Made by a program: the position numbers and the translations under genes
The notes under the pieces: model-generated
The model's input: the letters and a program-made list of their open reading frames with translations, nothing else
What the model was told of the DNA's origin: nothing
Databases searched by the model: none
From: Dehalococcoidia bacterium
Lineage (GTDB): Bacteria > Chloroflexota > Dehalococcoidia > Lucifugimonadales > UBA6952
Assembly (NCBI GenBank): GCA_022450525.1
Contig: JAKUQA010000001.1
Span: forward strand, 18,897-82,896
Direction of reading: 5' to 3'
DNA length: 64,000 nt
Shown: positions 45,804 to 55,910 of the stretch, one piece after another
Layout of the letters: each line of letters starts with the position of its first letter
Position numbering within the stretch: position 1 is the first letter of the stretch

Positions 45804-47204
45804 TTGGATATCAAATTTGGAACAGATGGCTGGCGTGACATTATGGGCCAAGGATTTAATATTCAAACAGTTAGAGAATGTATTCAAGGTCTATCAAATT
45901 ATTTGATTAATACAAATCAAAATAATAAACCAATTATAGTTGGATACGATACAAGAAAAGATTCTGATTTTTATGCGAAAGAAGTAGCAAAAATATTGAC
46001 TGCCAATTCAATACCCTGTCTCTTATCTGATAAATTTTCACCAACACCTTCTCTTAGTTTTGGTGTAATCGATCAAAATGCAGGTGGGGCTCTAATAGTT
46101 ACTTCAAGCCATAATCCTTATAACTGGAATGGAATAAAATACAAGTCTGAATATGGGGGAAGTGCTTCTTTAGATGTGATTAGACAAGTAGAAAAAGAAA
46201 TATCTAAAGTAAACTCTAATATCGTAACTAAATCTAAAAAATATCTATTATCAACTTTTGATCCAAAACCAAACTATATTGCTAATATAAAAAAATTCGT
46301 TGATTTGGAGTTAATTAATTCATGTAATTTAAATATTCTTGTAGACTATATGTATGGTGCAGGAATAGGTTATTTAGACAACTTCTTTGATAATAATCAA
46401 ACAAGTGTCACTGAATTACATGAACACCCTAACCCATCATTTCCAGGTATGGGCCAGCCAGAACCTATACCAAAAAATCTCGAGAAAATGCAAATACAGC
46501 TATTAGAGAATAATTATGATGTCGGAATTGCTTTTGATGGTGATGCTGATAGACTTGGGCTTTTTGACGGTGAAGGAAATTACATCAATACCATCGAAAC
46601 TTTTGCACTTATTATTTTACATTTATTTGAAAATAAAAAATTATTTGGCGGCATCGTTACTTCTCTAACTATGGGGAGTATATTTACTAAAATAGCTAAA
46701 TATTTCAATGTCCCAATTATAGAAACTGCTGTTGGATTCCCCCACTTATGCAAAGCTATGATTTCTCAAAATGCCCTACTTGCTGGAGAAGAAAGTGGTG
46801 GATATGCCTTTAAATTTCATGTACCTGAAAGGGATGGGATATTAAGTTCGTTACTAATTCTTGAATTATTGGCAACAAGCAAAAAAAGTTTACAACAACT
46901 TAAGGATGAAATGTACGATAAATTTGGAAGAACCTTTTTTGGGAGATCTGATTTAACGTATACAGCAGAACAATCTTCTTTTATTCTTAACAAATTAAAA
47001 AATATAACAATAGAAAATATAGATAATAAAACTATTATATCCACATCTGATACGGATGGTGTTAAATTTTACTTAAAAGATAAATCTTGGGGTACAATAC
47101 GAATTTCAGGAACAGAACCATTAATAAGGATTTATGCTGAATCGAATAGCCAGTATGAGGTTACAAATATAATAAACGAATTAAAAGATTACATATTTTG
47201 TTAG
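45804..47204 (+). CDS. Phosphoglucomutase/phosphomannomutase family protein
   Basis: FGTDGWRD, the active-site loop TSSHNPYNWNGIK, FDGDADR, GEESGG and RISGTEP. Confidence 0.88.
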   Translation: MDIKFGTDGWRDIMGQGFNIQTVRECIQGLSNYLINTNQNNKPIIVGYDTRKDSDFYAKEVAKILTANSIPCLLSDKFSPTPSLSFGVIDQNAGGALIVTSSHNPYNWNGIKYKSEYGGSASLDVIRQVEKEISKVNSNIVTKSKKYLLSTFDPKPNYIANIKKFVDLELINSCNLNILVDYMYGAGIGYLDNFFDNNQTSVTELHEHPNPSFPGMGQPEPIPKNLEKMQIQLLENNYDVGIAFDGDADRLGLFDGEGNYINTIETFALIILHLFENKKLFGGIVTSLTMGSIFTKIAKYFNVPIIETAVGFPHLCKAMISQNALLAGEESGGYAFKFHVPERDGILSSLLILELLATSKKSLQQLKDEMYDKFGRTFFGRSDLTYTAEQSSFILNKLKNITIENIDNKTIISTSDTDGVKFYLKDKSWGTIRISGTEPLIRIYAESNSQYEVTNIINELKDYIFC

Positions 47205-47208
47205 GAGA

Positions 47209-48270
47209 TTGTTGAGGAATTCAGATTATTTAGATCAGTTTAATATATATGACACTTATGATTCCACTAAATATATTCAAAGAATAGCAAATACTACTGA
47301 ATTATTTCAGGATGGAATTAATGCAAAAGATGTTAGTAACATTCTAATTGATCCTAAGATTACATCAATTTACTTTATGGGAATGGGGGGGTCAGGAATT
47401 GGTGGTGATGTATTTATTGATCTAATCAAAGGTCAATTGAAAATACCTATTGAAACAATTAAAACATGGGATATACCTAACTCAATCAATGAAAACACCT
47501 TAGTGTTAATTTGCTCCTACTCAGGAAATACCGAAGAAACAATAAAAATGTTTAATGATTCGATTAATAAAAAGGCTAGTGTAATAATTATTTCACAAGG
47601 AGGAGATTTAACTAACATAGCAAAGCAACAAAAGATTCCTTTAATAAAAATACCCAATATTCTCGAACCAAGAAGTTCCTTAACTTTTGTATTGGGTGCC
47701 CTTATCGCAGTTTTTTCCAAAAATAATTTAATTGATATAAATAACGATCAGATAAATGACTGTCTTAGCATAAACAAAAGCTTGATTGATGGTTTGCAAA
47801 AGCAAATTCCATCTTCCCAAAATCTAGCAAAAAATATAGCCACTAAAATTATAAATACTCTTCCTATTATTATAAGTGCTGACTATCTTTCATCTACAGC
47901 AAATCGATGGAGAACTCAACTAAATGAAAATAGCAAAACAATTGCACTAACAGATAATTTACCTGAAATGTTTCACAATTCTATTGAAGGTTATGAATCA
48001 AAGGTTTTCAGGCAAACAAATCCTTACTTTATCTTACTTACATCAAATTTATATCCTGAACTAGTTATCAAGAAATTTAATCAGCTGAAAAGTTTGTTAA
48101 AGGAACACAATCTGCCATATAGAGAAATAAATGCAGTTGGTAATAATAAACTTAGTCATCTATTTTCTTTATTAACCCTTGGGGATTATATAAGCTATTA
48201 TTTAGCAATAGCTAATAAAATAGATCCTCATCATAACCCTATTATTACAAACTCAAAAAGTAATATTTGA
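47209..48270 (+). CDS. Bifunctional phosphoglucose/phosphomannose isomerase (SIS-domain, archaeal-type PGI/PMI)
   Basis: Two SIS-like halves: GMGGSGIGGD and SYSGNTEET. Length 353 aa. Start is the TTG at 47209 or 47212. Confidence 0.7.
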   Translation: MLRNSDYLDQFNIYDTYDSTKYIQRIANTTELFQDGINAKDVSNILIDPKITSIYFMGMGGSGIGGDVFIDLIKGQLKIPIETIKTWDIPNSINENTLVLICSYSGNTEETIKMFNDSINKKASVIIISQGGDLTNIAKQQKIPLIKIPNILEPRSSLTFVLGALIAVFSKNNLIDINNDQINDCLSINKSLIDGLQKQIPSSQNLAKNIATKIINTLPIIISADYLSSTANRWRTQLNENSKTIALTDNLPEMFHNSIEGYESKVFRQTNPYFILLTSNLYPELVIKKFNQLKSLLKEHNLPYREINAVGNNKLSHLFSLLTLGDYISYYLAIANKIDPHHNPIITNSKSNI

Positions 48271-48284
48271 ATGTAAAAGCGTAT

Positions 48285-48680
48285 CTATCTCTTGCTATAC
48301 TGTTGAGCCTTACGAGCTCGCTTAAGACCATATTTTTTTCGCTCTTTGATTCTAGAATCTCTGGTCAGTAATCCATTTTTTTTGAGAACTGGTTTGAGTT
48401 CTTCATCCATAGCAACTAATGCTCTTGCAATACCATGCCTAATTGCACCAGCCTGACTAACAATACCACCACCAGCAACCTTAACTTGAATACTACACTT
48501 ACCAATATTATTAGTTACATCCAATGGCCTATTAATCATAGTTTGCCATGTATCCCAACCAAAAGCTTCAGTAAAAGGTTTGCCATTAACAACTACGGTA
48601 CCAGGTTCTTTAAATAATTTAACCTGAGCTATAGATGTTTTTCTTTTACCAACACCATGATAATATTGTTCTTTAGCCAT
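48285..48680 (-). CDS. rpsI: 30S ribosomal protein S9
   Basis: GVGKRKTSIA ... LTRDSRIKERKKYGLKRARKAQQYSKR. Confidence 0.96.
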   Translation of the reverse strand: MAKEQYYHGVGKRKTSIAQVKLFKEPGTVVVNGKPFTEAFGWDTWQTMINRPLDVTNNIGKCSIQVKVAGGGIVSQAGAIRHGIARALVAMDEELKPVLKKNGLLTRDSRIKERKKYGLKRARKAQQYSKR

Positions 48681-48697
48681 TATGTAGTCTCCTATTT

Positions 48698-49135
48698 CTA
48701 ACCGTTTGAAATTTGTGAATTATGAGGATGCTCTTGAGATGGATAAACTTTTAAACGTTTAAACATTTGTCTACCGATAGAATTCTTCGGCAACATTCCT
48801 TTTACTGCATTATATATAACTTTTTCTGGAAGTGTTTCCATCAACTTTGACAAGGATCTTTCTTTAAGTCCCCCAGGATATCCTGAATGATGATAATAAA
48901 CTTTGTCTTCGATTTTATTTCCTGTAAGGGCGATATCTTTTGCATTTATAACAACGACAAAATCACCAGTTAATAAATGAGGAGAATATGTTGGCTTATC
49001 TTTACCTTGAAGTATTACGGCTACTTTTGATGCCAATCTACCCAGAGGTTGCCCGGTTGCATCAATTAAATGCCAATTTGAATCTAAAGATCCACTTTTA
49101 GCTGTATACGTTTTTTTTCTTTTAATAATAGTCAT
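48698..49135 (-). CDS. rplM: 50S ribosomal protein L13
   Basis: WHLIDATGQPLGRLAS.VA..L.GK.KP.YSPH. Confidence 0.96.
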   Translation of the reverse strand: MTIIKRKKTYTAKSGSLDSNWHLIDATGQPLGRLASKVAVILQGKDKPTYSPHLLTGDFVVVINAKDIALTGNKIEDKVYYHHSGYPGGLKERSLSKLMETLPEKVIYNAVKGMLPKNSIGRQMFKRLKVYPSQEHPHNSQISNG

Positions 49136-49886
49136 ATTGAAACATATCCTTGTATTTAACTTTTAATAGAACTAATCCACACGCAGGTAATGTAGGAATA
49201 TTTGGTCTAAAGGCATTATTATCAACATCCATGAGTTTTTCGACATCGTCTGTATCAAATTTATTCAAACCAACTTGATATAATAAACCGGCAGTTCTTC
49301 TTACCTGGTGAGGTAAAAACGCATTGGCTTCTAAATCAATGTGTAATCTTTCATCATCCATATTTATACTTACGTCCATTAAATTTCTAACTGTACTACC
49401 CTCATATTTTCCACATAGGTTTACAAAATCATGTGTGCCTTTTAGAGAAAAAAGCGCCTTTGTCATTTTATCAACATTTATATCCCGAGACACACGATAC
49501 GCATATCTTTCTGATAGTGGAGATCTGGTAGATCGATTTAAAAAAGTATATCTATACCTTCTACTGATTGCATCTCTTCTAGGACTAAAATTTATCGGAG
49601 CTTCATATGCTTTTTGAATTGCAATATCAGATGGTAAAAAGTGATTTATACCAGATTCTATATCTTGAATATCCAAATTGCTATTGGTAATAAACGAAGC
49701 CATTTGTCCTTTCGCATGAACTCCGGTATCTGTTCGACCTGCACCTTCTATTCGTTCATTTGAAAGATTTAAATTATTCAACGCATTTTCTATCTCACCT
49801 TGTATTGTGGGAAAATTTGGTTGAAATTGGAAACCGTAATACTTAGTTCCATCATATTCAATTAATAATGCGATTTTCCTATCCAT
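49122..49886 (-). CDS. truA: tRNA pseudouridine(38-40) synthase
   Basis: IEYDGTKYYGFQ.Q and the catalytic GAGRTDTGVHA. Overlaps rplM by 14 nt. Confidence 0.92.
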   Translation of the reverse strand: MDRKIALLIEYDGTKYYGFQFQPNFPTIQGEIENALNNLNLSNERIEGAGRTDTGVHAKGQMASFITNSNLDIQDIESGINHFLPSDIAIQKAYEAPINFSPRRDAISRRYRYTFLNRSTRSPLSERYAYRVSRDINVDKMTKALFSLKGTHDFVNLCGKYEGSTVRNLMDVSINMDDERLHIDLEANAFLPHQVRRTAGLLYQVGLNKFDTDDVEKLMDVDNNAFRPNIPTLPACGLVLLKVKYKDMFQYDYY

Positions 49887-49897
49887 CCTAATCCTTT

Positions 49898-50248
49898 TTA
49901 CACCAATTCCAGTATAGCCATAGGTGCATTATCACCTTTCCTGTTTCCTATTTTGAGGACTCTGGTGTAACCACCGTTTCTTTCATTATATCTAGGACTA
50001 ATATCCTCAAAAACTTTTGAAACAACCCTACTATCAGGTATGAAAGACATTGCCTGCCTTCTATCATGCAAAGAACCTTTTTTACCATAAGTAATCAACT
50101 TTTCGACTAAAGCTTTTGCCTCTTTGGCTTTCGCTTCTGTAGTAGTAATTCTTTCATTAATAATTACAGACCTTACCAAAGACCGATATAAAGCCTTTCT
50201 TTGGTCAGCTGGTCTATTAAAATGTCTGCCTTTTATCCTGTGTCTCAT
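49898..50248 (-). CDS. rplQ: 50S ribosomal protein L17
   Basis: MRHRIKGRHFNRPADQRKAL ... GGYTRV.K.G.R.GD.A. Confidence 0.96.
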   Translation of the reverse strand: MRHRIKGRHFNRPADQRKALYRSLVRSVIINERITTTEAKAKEAKALVEKLITYGKKGSLHDRRQAMSFIPDSRVVSKVFEDISPRYNERNGGYTRVLKIGNRKGDNAPMAILELV

Positions 50249-50259
50249 ATAAAACCTCT

Positions 50260-51279
50260 TTACTCTTCAGTATTTTCCTCGTCTGATGATTCTGTATTTT
50301 CAGCATTCTCTTCAGGAAGAAGGTTAAGTTCTTTTAATTTGTCGAAGAGCTCGTCCATAGACTTTTGTCCAAAGTTCCTAATTTGCATTAGTTCAGATTT
50401 ATCTTTTTCTAATATTTCTCCAACACGATTAAGTTTAGCTCTTTTTAAACAATTCAAAGTTCTTGCTGATAAACCTAATCCATCAACAAGACTATTGTAT
50501 ATCTCAGGAGGGACAGAAGAATTTGCACTACTAGAAGTATCTTCTTCTCCACCTTCTGTAATCGTAGTTCCAATTGTTGTTAGTAAAGTTGCGCTTTTAA
50601 CTAAAATATTCCCTGATTCAATAAGGGCTTCAGAGGGCATAATAGTACCATCTGTCCATATTTCAACAATTAACTTTTCATAATCCGTAACTTGACCTAC
50701 TCTCATTGGTTCTACTGCATAACTGACTTTAGAAACTGGTGTAAAAATAGAATCTACAGGCAAAACCCCTATTGGATATCCATCATTACTACTTGCAGAA
50801 ATATATCCTGCGCCTTTTTCAACATTAAATTCTATGACTAAATGTGCATCAGGTGAATCTAATGTTGCAATATACAATTCAGGATTTACAATTTCAAAGT
50901 CACCGGGCACCATGATGTCGCCAGCAGTAATAACTCCTTCCCCAGAAACATCTAGTCTTAATTTTCCTGGGCGATCAGATAAAGCTTTTATTCTTATTTC
51001 TTTAAATTTAAGTAATAATTCAAAAACCTCTTCACGAACGTGGGGAACAGAAGTGTATTCATGAGAGACTCCATCTATCTTGACCCAAGTTATAGCAGCA
51101 CCGGGTATAGATCCAAGTAGAACTCTTCTGAGTGGATTACCCAAGGTCATACCATAACCTCTATCTAAGGGGCCAATAGAAAAACGGCCATATCTTTCGT
51201 CTTCTTCATCGACTAGTAATACTGGGATTACCGCCATAGAATCGTTTAATTCTTCTTCTGTTGATGGCATCATTGCCAT
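50260..51279 (-). CDS. rpoA: DNA-directed RNA polymerase alpha subunit
   Basis: GPLDRGYGMTLGNPLRRVLL and the C-terminal domain LGLSARTLNCLKRA. It has an acidic C-terminal tail. Confidence 0.96.
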   Translation of the reverse strand: MAMMPSTEEELNDSMAVIPVLLVDEEDERYGRFSIGPLDRGYGMTLGNPLRRVLLGSIPGAAITWVKIDGVSHEYTSVPHVREEVFELLLKFKEIRIKALSDRPGKLRLDVSGEGVITAGDIMVPGDFEIVNPELYIATLDSPDAHLVIEFNVEKGAGYISASSNDGYPIGVLPVDSIFTPVSKVSYAVEPMRVGQVTDYEKLIVEIWTDGTIMPSEALIESGNILVKSATLLTTIGTTITEGGEEDTSSSANSSVPPEIYNSLVDGLGLSARTLNCLKRAKLNRVGEILEKDKSELMQIRNFGQKSMDELFDKLKELNLLPEENAENTESSDEENTEE

Positions 51280-51308
51280 GATTTCCTCCTGTCATTACAA
51301 GAATTTAA

Positions 51309-51899
51309 TTATCTTGAGTAAAACTCCACAATTAATCTGGTATCTATAATTAATTCAACGTCACTGAGCGTTGGCTCAGATAACACTTCACCAGAAAATC
51401 GATTTGAATCAACGTTTAACCAAGTAGGAACTACTGATTCAAATCCAGAGTTATCTGTCGCATTTTTTACAATATCAGATGATTGAGAACTTTCTTTCCA
51501 CGTGATTTGATCACCGGTTTTCAATTGATAAGAAGGGATATTAACCTTCTTGGAGTTCACCTGTATATGACCATGGCTAACATATTGACGAGCCTGAGGT
51601 CTTGTTTTAGCAAAACCAAGTCTATATACAACGTTATCTAACCGATTTTCGAGCAGTTGTAGTAACCTGTCTCCAGTAACACCCTCGAGGTTTGAAGCCT
51701 TTATATAATAGTTACGAAACTGTCGCTCTAAAATTCCGTAAAGATACTTAGCTTTCTGTTTTTCTCGCAATTGAAGTCCATAATCAGAGAGACGTCGCCC
51801 CCTACCAGTACCAGTTCTCTTAGTATCAGGTTTTCCGTTCTTTAATGGTAATCCAAACCGTCTATTTTTTTTATTTTTAGGACCAGTATATCTTGCCAT
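51309..51899 (-). CDS. rpsD: 30S ribosomal protein S4
   Basis: MARYTGPKNKKNRRFG and an S4 domain. Confidence 0.96.
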   Translation of the reverse strand: MARYTGPKNKKNRRFGLPLKNGKPDTKRTGTGRGRRLSDYGLQLREKQKAKYLYGILERQFRNYYIKASNLEGVTGDRLLQLLENRLDNVVYRLGFAKTRPQARQYVSHGHIQVNSKKVNIPSYQLKTGDQITWKESSQSSDIVKNATDNSGFESVVPTWLNVDSNRFSGEVLSEPTLSDVELIIDTRLIVEFYSR

Positions 51900-52289
51900 T
51901 TATACCCTCCTCTTTTTTGGAGGTCTACATCCATTGTGTGGAACAGGAGTAACATCACGAATACTGTTTACAGCTATACCTGATGATTGTATAGCCCGTA
52001 TTGCTGCTTCTCGTCCTGCACCAGGGCCTTTAACCATAACATCGATTTCTCTTAAACCATGTTCCATACCTCTCTTAGCAACAGCCTCTGCTGCTCGCTG
52101 GGCAGCAAATGCAGTACTTTTTCTTGCTCCTTTAAATCCAACCATTCCAGCACTTCCAGATGCAATAGCATTACCTTCCAAATCAGTCAAAGTAATGATG
52201 GTATTGTTAAAGGTTGAGGCAATATAGGCATTACCTTTTGGTACAGATTTTCTATCTCTTCTTCTAGGCCTCTGACGAGATTGTGTCAT
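51900..52289 (-). CDS. rpsK: 30S ribosomal protein S11
   Basis: [11 protein letters not shown] and [13 protein letters not shown]. Confidence 0.96.
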   Translation of the reverse strand: MTQSRQRPRRRDRKSVPKGNAYIASTFNNTIITLTDLEGNAIASGSAGMVGFKGARKSTAFAAQRAAEAVAKRGMEHGLREIDVMVKGPGAGREAAIRAIQSSGIAVNSIRDVTPVPHNGCRPPKKRRV

Positions 52290-52304
52290 TGTTTCTCCTT
52301 ATAT

Positions 52305-52685
52305 CTATTTCTTTATTACTTTCTTTTTATTTGCAATAGTTCGTTTTCCGCCTTTTCGGCCTCTTGCATTGGTTTTTGTTCTTTGTCCTCTCACAGGAAG
52401 TCCTGTTCTGTGGCGCACCCCCCGATAGGTACCAATATCAATTAATCGTCTTATATTCATATTTACTTCACGTCGTAGATCTCCTTCAACTGTGTGATCT
52501 TGATCCACAATTTCTCTAATCTGTTGAAGCTGAGAATCCTCAATATCACCTATTTTGGGATTTCCTTCCAAACGAACTTGTTTTAGTATTTTGGAAGCAG
52601 CCGTTGGACCTATGCCATAAATCATAGTAAGTCCCAACTCTATTCTTCTATTATCAGGTATATCTACACCAGCTATACGAGCCAT
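52305..52685 (-). CDS. rpsM: 30S ribosomal protein S13
   Basis: MARIAGVDIP and YRGVRHR.GLPVRGQRTKTNARGRKG. Confidence 0.96.
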   Translation of the reverse strand: MARIAGVDIPDNRRIELGLTMIYGIGPTAASKILKQVRLEGNPKIGDIEDSQLQQIREIVDQDHTVEGDLRREVNMNIRRLIDIGTYRGVRHRTGLPVRGQRTKTNARGRKGGKRTIANKKKVIKK

Positions 52686-52706
52686 GTTTCCTCCTTACAA
52701 GATTAA

Positions 52707-52823
52707 TTAACCTTGTTTTTGTTTGTGTCTAGGTGTTGTTGGACAAATAACTTGCACAACGTTATTTCTTTTAATTATTTTACATTTGTCGCATCTTTTT
52801 TTTACAGAAGCTCTGATTTTCAT
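52707..52823 (-). CDS. rpmJ: 50S ribosomal protein L36 (38 aa, CCCH zinc type)
   Basis: Not in the ORF track because it is too short. Minus-strand translation gives [38 protein letters not shown]. It lies between infA and rpsM. Confidence 0.93.
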   Translation of the reverse strand: MKIRASVKKRCDKCKIIKRNNVVQVICPTTPRHKQKQG

Positions 52824-52831
52824 TTTTTCCT

Positions 52832-53050
52832 CTATCTAAATCTAAAAGTAACTCTTCCTCTAGTTAAATCATATGGAGAAAGTTCAACTAAAACTTTATC
52901 TCCAGGTAAAACCCTTATGTAATTCATTCTCATTCTTCCTGATATATGAGCTAAAACCTCATGTCCATTTGCTAGTTCAACTTTAAACTGTGCATTTGGT
53001 AATGTATCTATTACTGTCCCTTCTACTTCTATTGTTTCTTTTTTTGACAT
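52832..53050 (-). CDS. infA: Translation initiation factor IF-1
   Basis: IEVEGTV...[22 protein letters not shown]. Confidence 0.96.
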   Translation of the reverse strand: MSKKETIEVEGTVIDTLPNAQFKVELANGHEVLAHISGRMRMNYIRVLPGDKVLVELSPYDLTRGRVTFRFR

Positions 53051-53071
53051 ATTCTCCCTTAAATCCCACCC

Positions 53072-53842
53072 CTACGTTAATACTTCTGGACCATTTTCTG
53101 TTATAGCTACAGTATGTTCCCAATGAGCAGCGAGGCTATTATCGGCAGTAACTATTGTCCATTCATCATCAAGAGTGCGAGTTTTCCACGTACCTAAAGT
53201 AAACATAGGCTCTATTGCTATAACCATCCCTGGCACAAGCCTAGGTCCGCGTCCAGCCACACCTACATTTGGAACACTTGGTTCCTCATGTAGAGATCGT
53301 CCAATACCATGGCCAACAAAATCTTTTATTACTCCATACCCTTTCGAATCACCTATATTTTGTACAGCTGATGCAATATCGCCAATTCTATTCCCTGGAA
53401 TTGCTTTGGCTATTCCTGCCTCCATAGCTGTTTTTGTGTCCAAAACTAAATTCTTAGTTTTTGCATCTGATTCGCCAATGATCAAAGTAATAGCAGTATC
53501 GCTATAAAACCCTTCAACAATTGCTCCTTGATCAATACTAACAACATCTCCTTCTTGGAATTTCCTATCTCCAGGGATTCCATGAACAATTTCATTGTTT
53601 ATTGAAATACAAAGAGTGCCTGGAAATCCTCTATATCCTTTAAATGCTGGTATGGCCCCCATGCTCCTTATTTGATTTTCTGCAATAAGGTCTAACTCTT
53701 TTGTTGTCATACCGATTTGTATTTCTTTTTTAATAATTTCTTTTGTGCCAATAGCCACTTCTCCAGCACGACGCATAATATCAATCTCTTTCTGAGATTT
53801 TATTATTATTCCTTGTTGTTGTGCTCCTAAAATTATATTCAC
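53072..53842 (-). CDS. map: Methionine aminopeptidase type I
   Basis: Metal ligands in VSIDQGAIVEGFYSDTA, GHGIG, IEPM and WEHTV. Confidence 0.94.
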   Translation of the reverse strand: MNIILGAQQQGIIIKSQKEIDIMRRAGEVAIGTKEIIKKEIQIGMTTKELDLIAENQIRSMGAIPAFKGYRGFPGTLCISINNEIVHGIPGDRKFQEGDVVSIDQGAIVEGFYSDTAITLIIGESDAKTKNLVLDTKTAMEAGIAKAIPGNRIGDIASAVQNIGDSKGYGVIKDFVGHGIGRSLHEEPSVPNVGVAGRGPRLVPGMVIAIEPMFTLGTWKTRTLDDEWTIVTADNSLAAHWEHTVAITENGPEVLT

Positions 53843-53900
53843 TCTTTTTTCCTTTTTACCGAGAAATGGTATTGTACATCAAAGTATCAATTAATCCAAA

Positions 53901-54551
53901 TCACTGATTTATACCTAATTTCATTTGTATTTCAGATTCAACCATATCAACATTTTGTTCGCCATCTACACTAATCAAAATGTCTTTATTATTATAGTAA
54001 TCCACTAGTTGCTTGATTAAAGGAATCTGCGTTTTTAATCTGTTTTCTACTACTTCAGGTAAATCGTCCTTCCTTTGTGATAAAGCGGGTTTATCGCATT
54101 TTGGACAATTTGAATCTATTCCTCCAATAGCAGATTTTGATAAAATAGCATTACATGTCTTGATAGTACAGATAACTCTATCAGAAAGCCGTTTTACTAA
54201 TTCATTTTCTGCAACCTCTATATATACAACGCAATTTATTTGGCCATTAACCGCTTTATGTAAACTTTCGGCTTGTTCCAATGTTCTTGGAAACCCATCT
54301 AATATAAAACCGTTATTGCAATCCTCTTCCCCAATTCTTTGAAGAATCATATTTATTGTTGTGTCATCTGGCACTAATGCACCTATACTCATATATTTAT
54401 TAGCCTCAATACCCAATTCTGTTTTATTGCTTAAATGAAAACGAAACAAATCACCCGAGGAAACCATGGGAATACCAATGGTATCTGAAAGTATTTGTGC
54501 CTGGGTCCCTTTTCCTGCTCCTGCTAAGCCCAAAAAAATAATATTATTCAT
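53901..54551 (-). CDS. adk: Adenylate kinase (Zn-lid type)
   Basis: GLAGAGKGTQA, GFILDGFPRT and a lid containing C..C....CPKC. Confidence 0.94.
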   Translation of the reverse strand: MNNIIFLGLAGAGKGTQAQILSDTIGIPMVSSGDLFRFHLSNKTELGIEANKYMSIGALVPDDTTINMILQRIGEEDCNNGFILDGFPRTLEQAESLHKAVNGQINCVVYIEVAENELVKRLSDRVICTIKTCNAILSKSAIGGIDSNCPKCDKPALSQRKDDLPEVVENRLKTQIPLIKQLVDYYNNKDILISVDGEQNVDMVESEIQMKLGINQ

Positions 54552-54552
54552 A

Positions 54553-55908
54553 TTAATTCATAAACCCTTCATAATTTCTCATAAGCAATTGAGATTCCAA
54601 TTGACGTAATGTGTCAAGAGCAACACCGACAACAATCAATAAACTAGCAGAGCTTAATTGAATAGCCTTTATATCGGTTATTAATGTTGCAAAATATGGC
54701 ATTACTGCTATAAGCCCAAGAAATATAGCGCCACCCCAAGTTATACGAATAATTAATCTATTAAGGTAATCTCCAGTAGGTTTTCCTGGTCTGATACCTG
54801 GTATAAAACCCCCATTTCTTTGCAAAGTAGCAGGAAGATTTTGCTGTTGAAACATAATCATGGTATAGAAGAACGTAAAAGCTACGACTAATATAAATAC
54901 AAACAACCAATACCAAGCCGTATCAGGAGAAAACGTAACGGTAAAAAAGTTAGCTATTTTACCACCAATTGATTCACTTGTGGGATCGGCAAAAAACGAT
55001 GCAAGAGTTGCAGGTAAAATCATTATTGAAAAGGCAAATATTAAAGGAATCATACCTGCAGAATTTACCCTTAGCGGTAAATAACTTGTTCCTTGCTGGC
55101 GATACATACGACCCCCACGGAAGGAACTCCGTCCATATTGTACAGGAATTCTTCTCTGTGCCTCATTAAATAAAACTATCAAAAAGACAATAACTAAACC
55201 TAATATGACTAAGGTTAAAAGACCGCCCAGATTACTATTTCTTTGTATGAATCCTTGCCCGATCACTGTTGGAAAATTTGCTACTATTCCAGCAAATATA
55301 ATTATTGATACACCATTACCGATACCATGTTCGGTAATCAATTCACCAAGCCAAACTAAAAAAGTTGTTCCAGCTGCTAGTGATAACAAAATAGCAATAG
55401 TGTCTAAGCCAAATGTCGAACTAAATGACTCCTCACTAATACCTCCAAGTCGCTTCATTAAAGTTAATTGACCATATCCTTGTGCTATAGCTATTGGTAT
55501 CATCATATAATGAGTTATTTGGTTAATTTTTTGTCTACCCTGTTCACCTTCTTTTGCAAGGTTTTGTAAATATGGAATTACAGGGTTCATTATTTGCATA
55601 ATAATTGAAGCAGTAATATAAGGGTAAACACCAAGAGAAATAATACTTAGGGATCTAAGCCCACCACCACTAAAAAGATCAAAAAATCCTAGTAATTGAC
55701 CTGTAGGATCACCTTGTTCAAATAGACGACTAATCATTCCTTTATCAACATTAACAACCGGAACATGGGCTAAAGCCCTAAAAACAAATAACATTCCAAT
55801 TGTAAATAATATTTTAAATCTTAAATCGGGTGTGCGAAATGAATCAATCAACGCTTGTAACAACGCTGGTCTTCCAGGACCTTTATTTCTTGACGCTGAA
55901 GTAGTCAT
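54553..55908 (-). CDS. secY: Preprotein translocase subunit SecY
   Basis: Ten TM segments, GVYPYITASIIMQ, GNGVSIIIFAGI. Located in the spc operon. Confidence 0.96.
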   Translation of the reverse strand: MTTSASRNKGPGRPALLQALIDSFRTPDLRFKILFTIGMLFVFRALAHVPVVNVDKGMISRLFEQGDPTGQLLGFFDLFSGGGLRSLSIISLGVYPYITASIIMQIMNPVIPYLQNLAKEGEQGRQKINQITHYMMIPIAIAQGYGQLTLMKRLGGISEESFSSTFGLDTIAILLSLAAGTTFLVWLGELITEHGIGNGVSIIIFAGIVANFPTVIGQGFIQRNSNLGGLLTLVILGLVIVFLIVLFNEAQRRIPVQYGRSSFRGGRMYRQQGTSYLPLRVNSAGMIPLIFAFSIMILPATLASFFADPTSESIGGKIANFFTVTFSPDTAWYWLFVFILVVAFTFFYTMIMFQQQNLPATLQRNGGFIPGIRPGKPTGDYLNRLIIRITWGGAIFLGLIAVMPYFATLITDIKAIQLSSASLLIVVGVALDTLRQLESQLLMRNYEGFMN

Positions 55909-55910
55909 AG

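Noticed and set aside
50201-50683. 160-aa ORF antisense to rpoA/rplQ. Similar antisense ORFs occur at 45414-45887 (metK), 37366-37824 (thiolase-fold gene), 34337-34750 (MFS), 53175-53507 (map), 54013-54342 (adk) and elsewhere.
   Set aside because: All are embedded opposite genes with unambiguous conserved protein motifs. Their translations are Ser/Pro/Ile-rich with no family resemblance. They are typical shadow ORFs.
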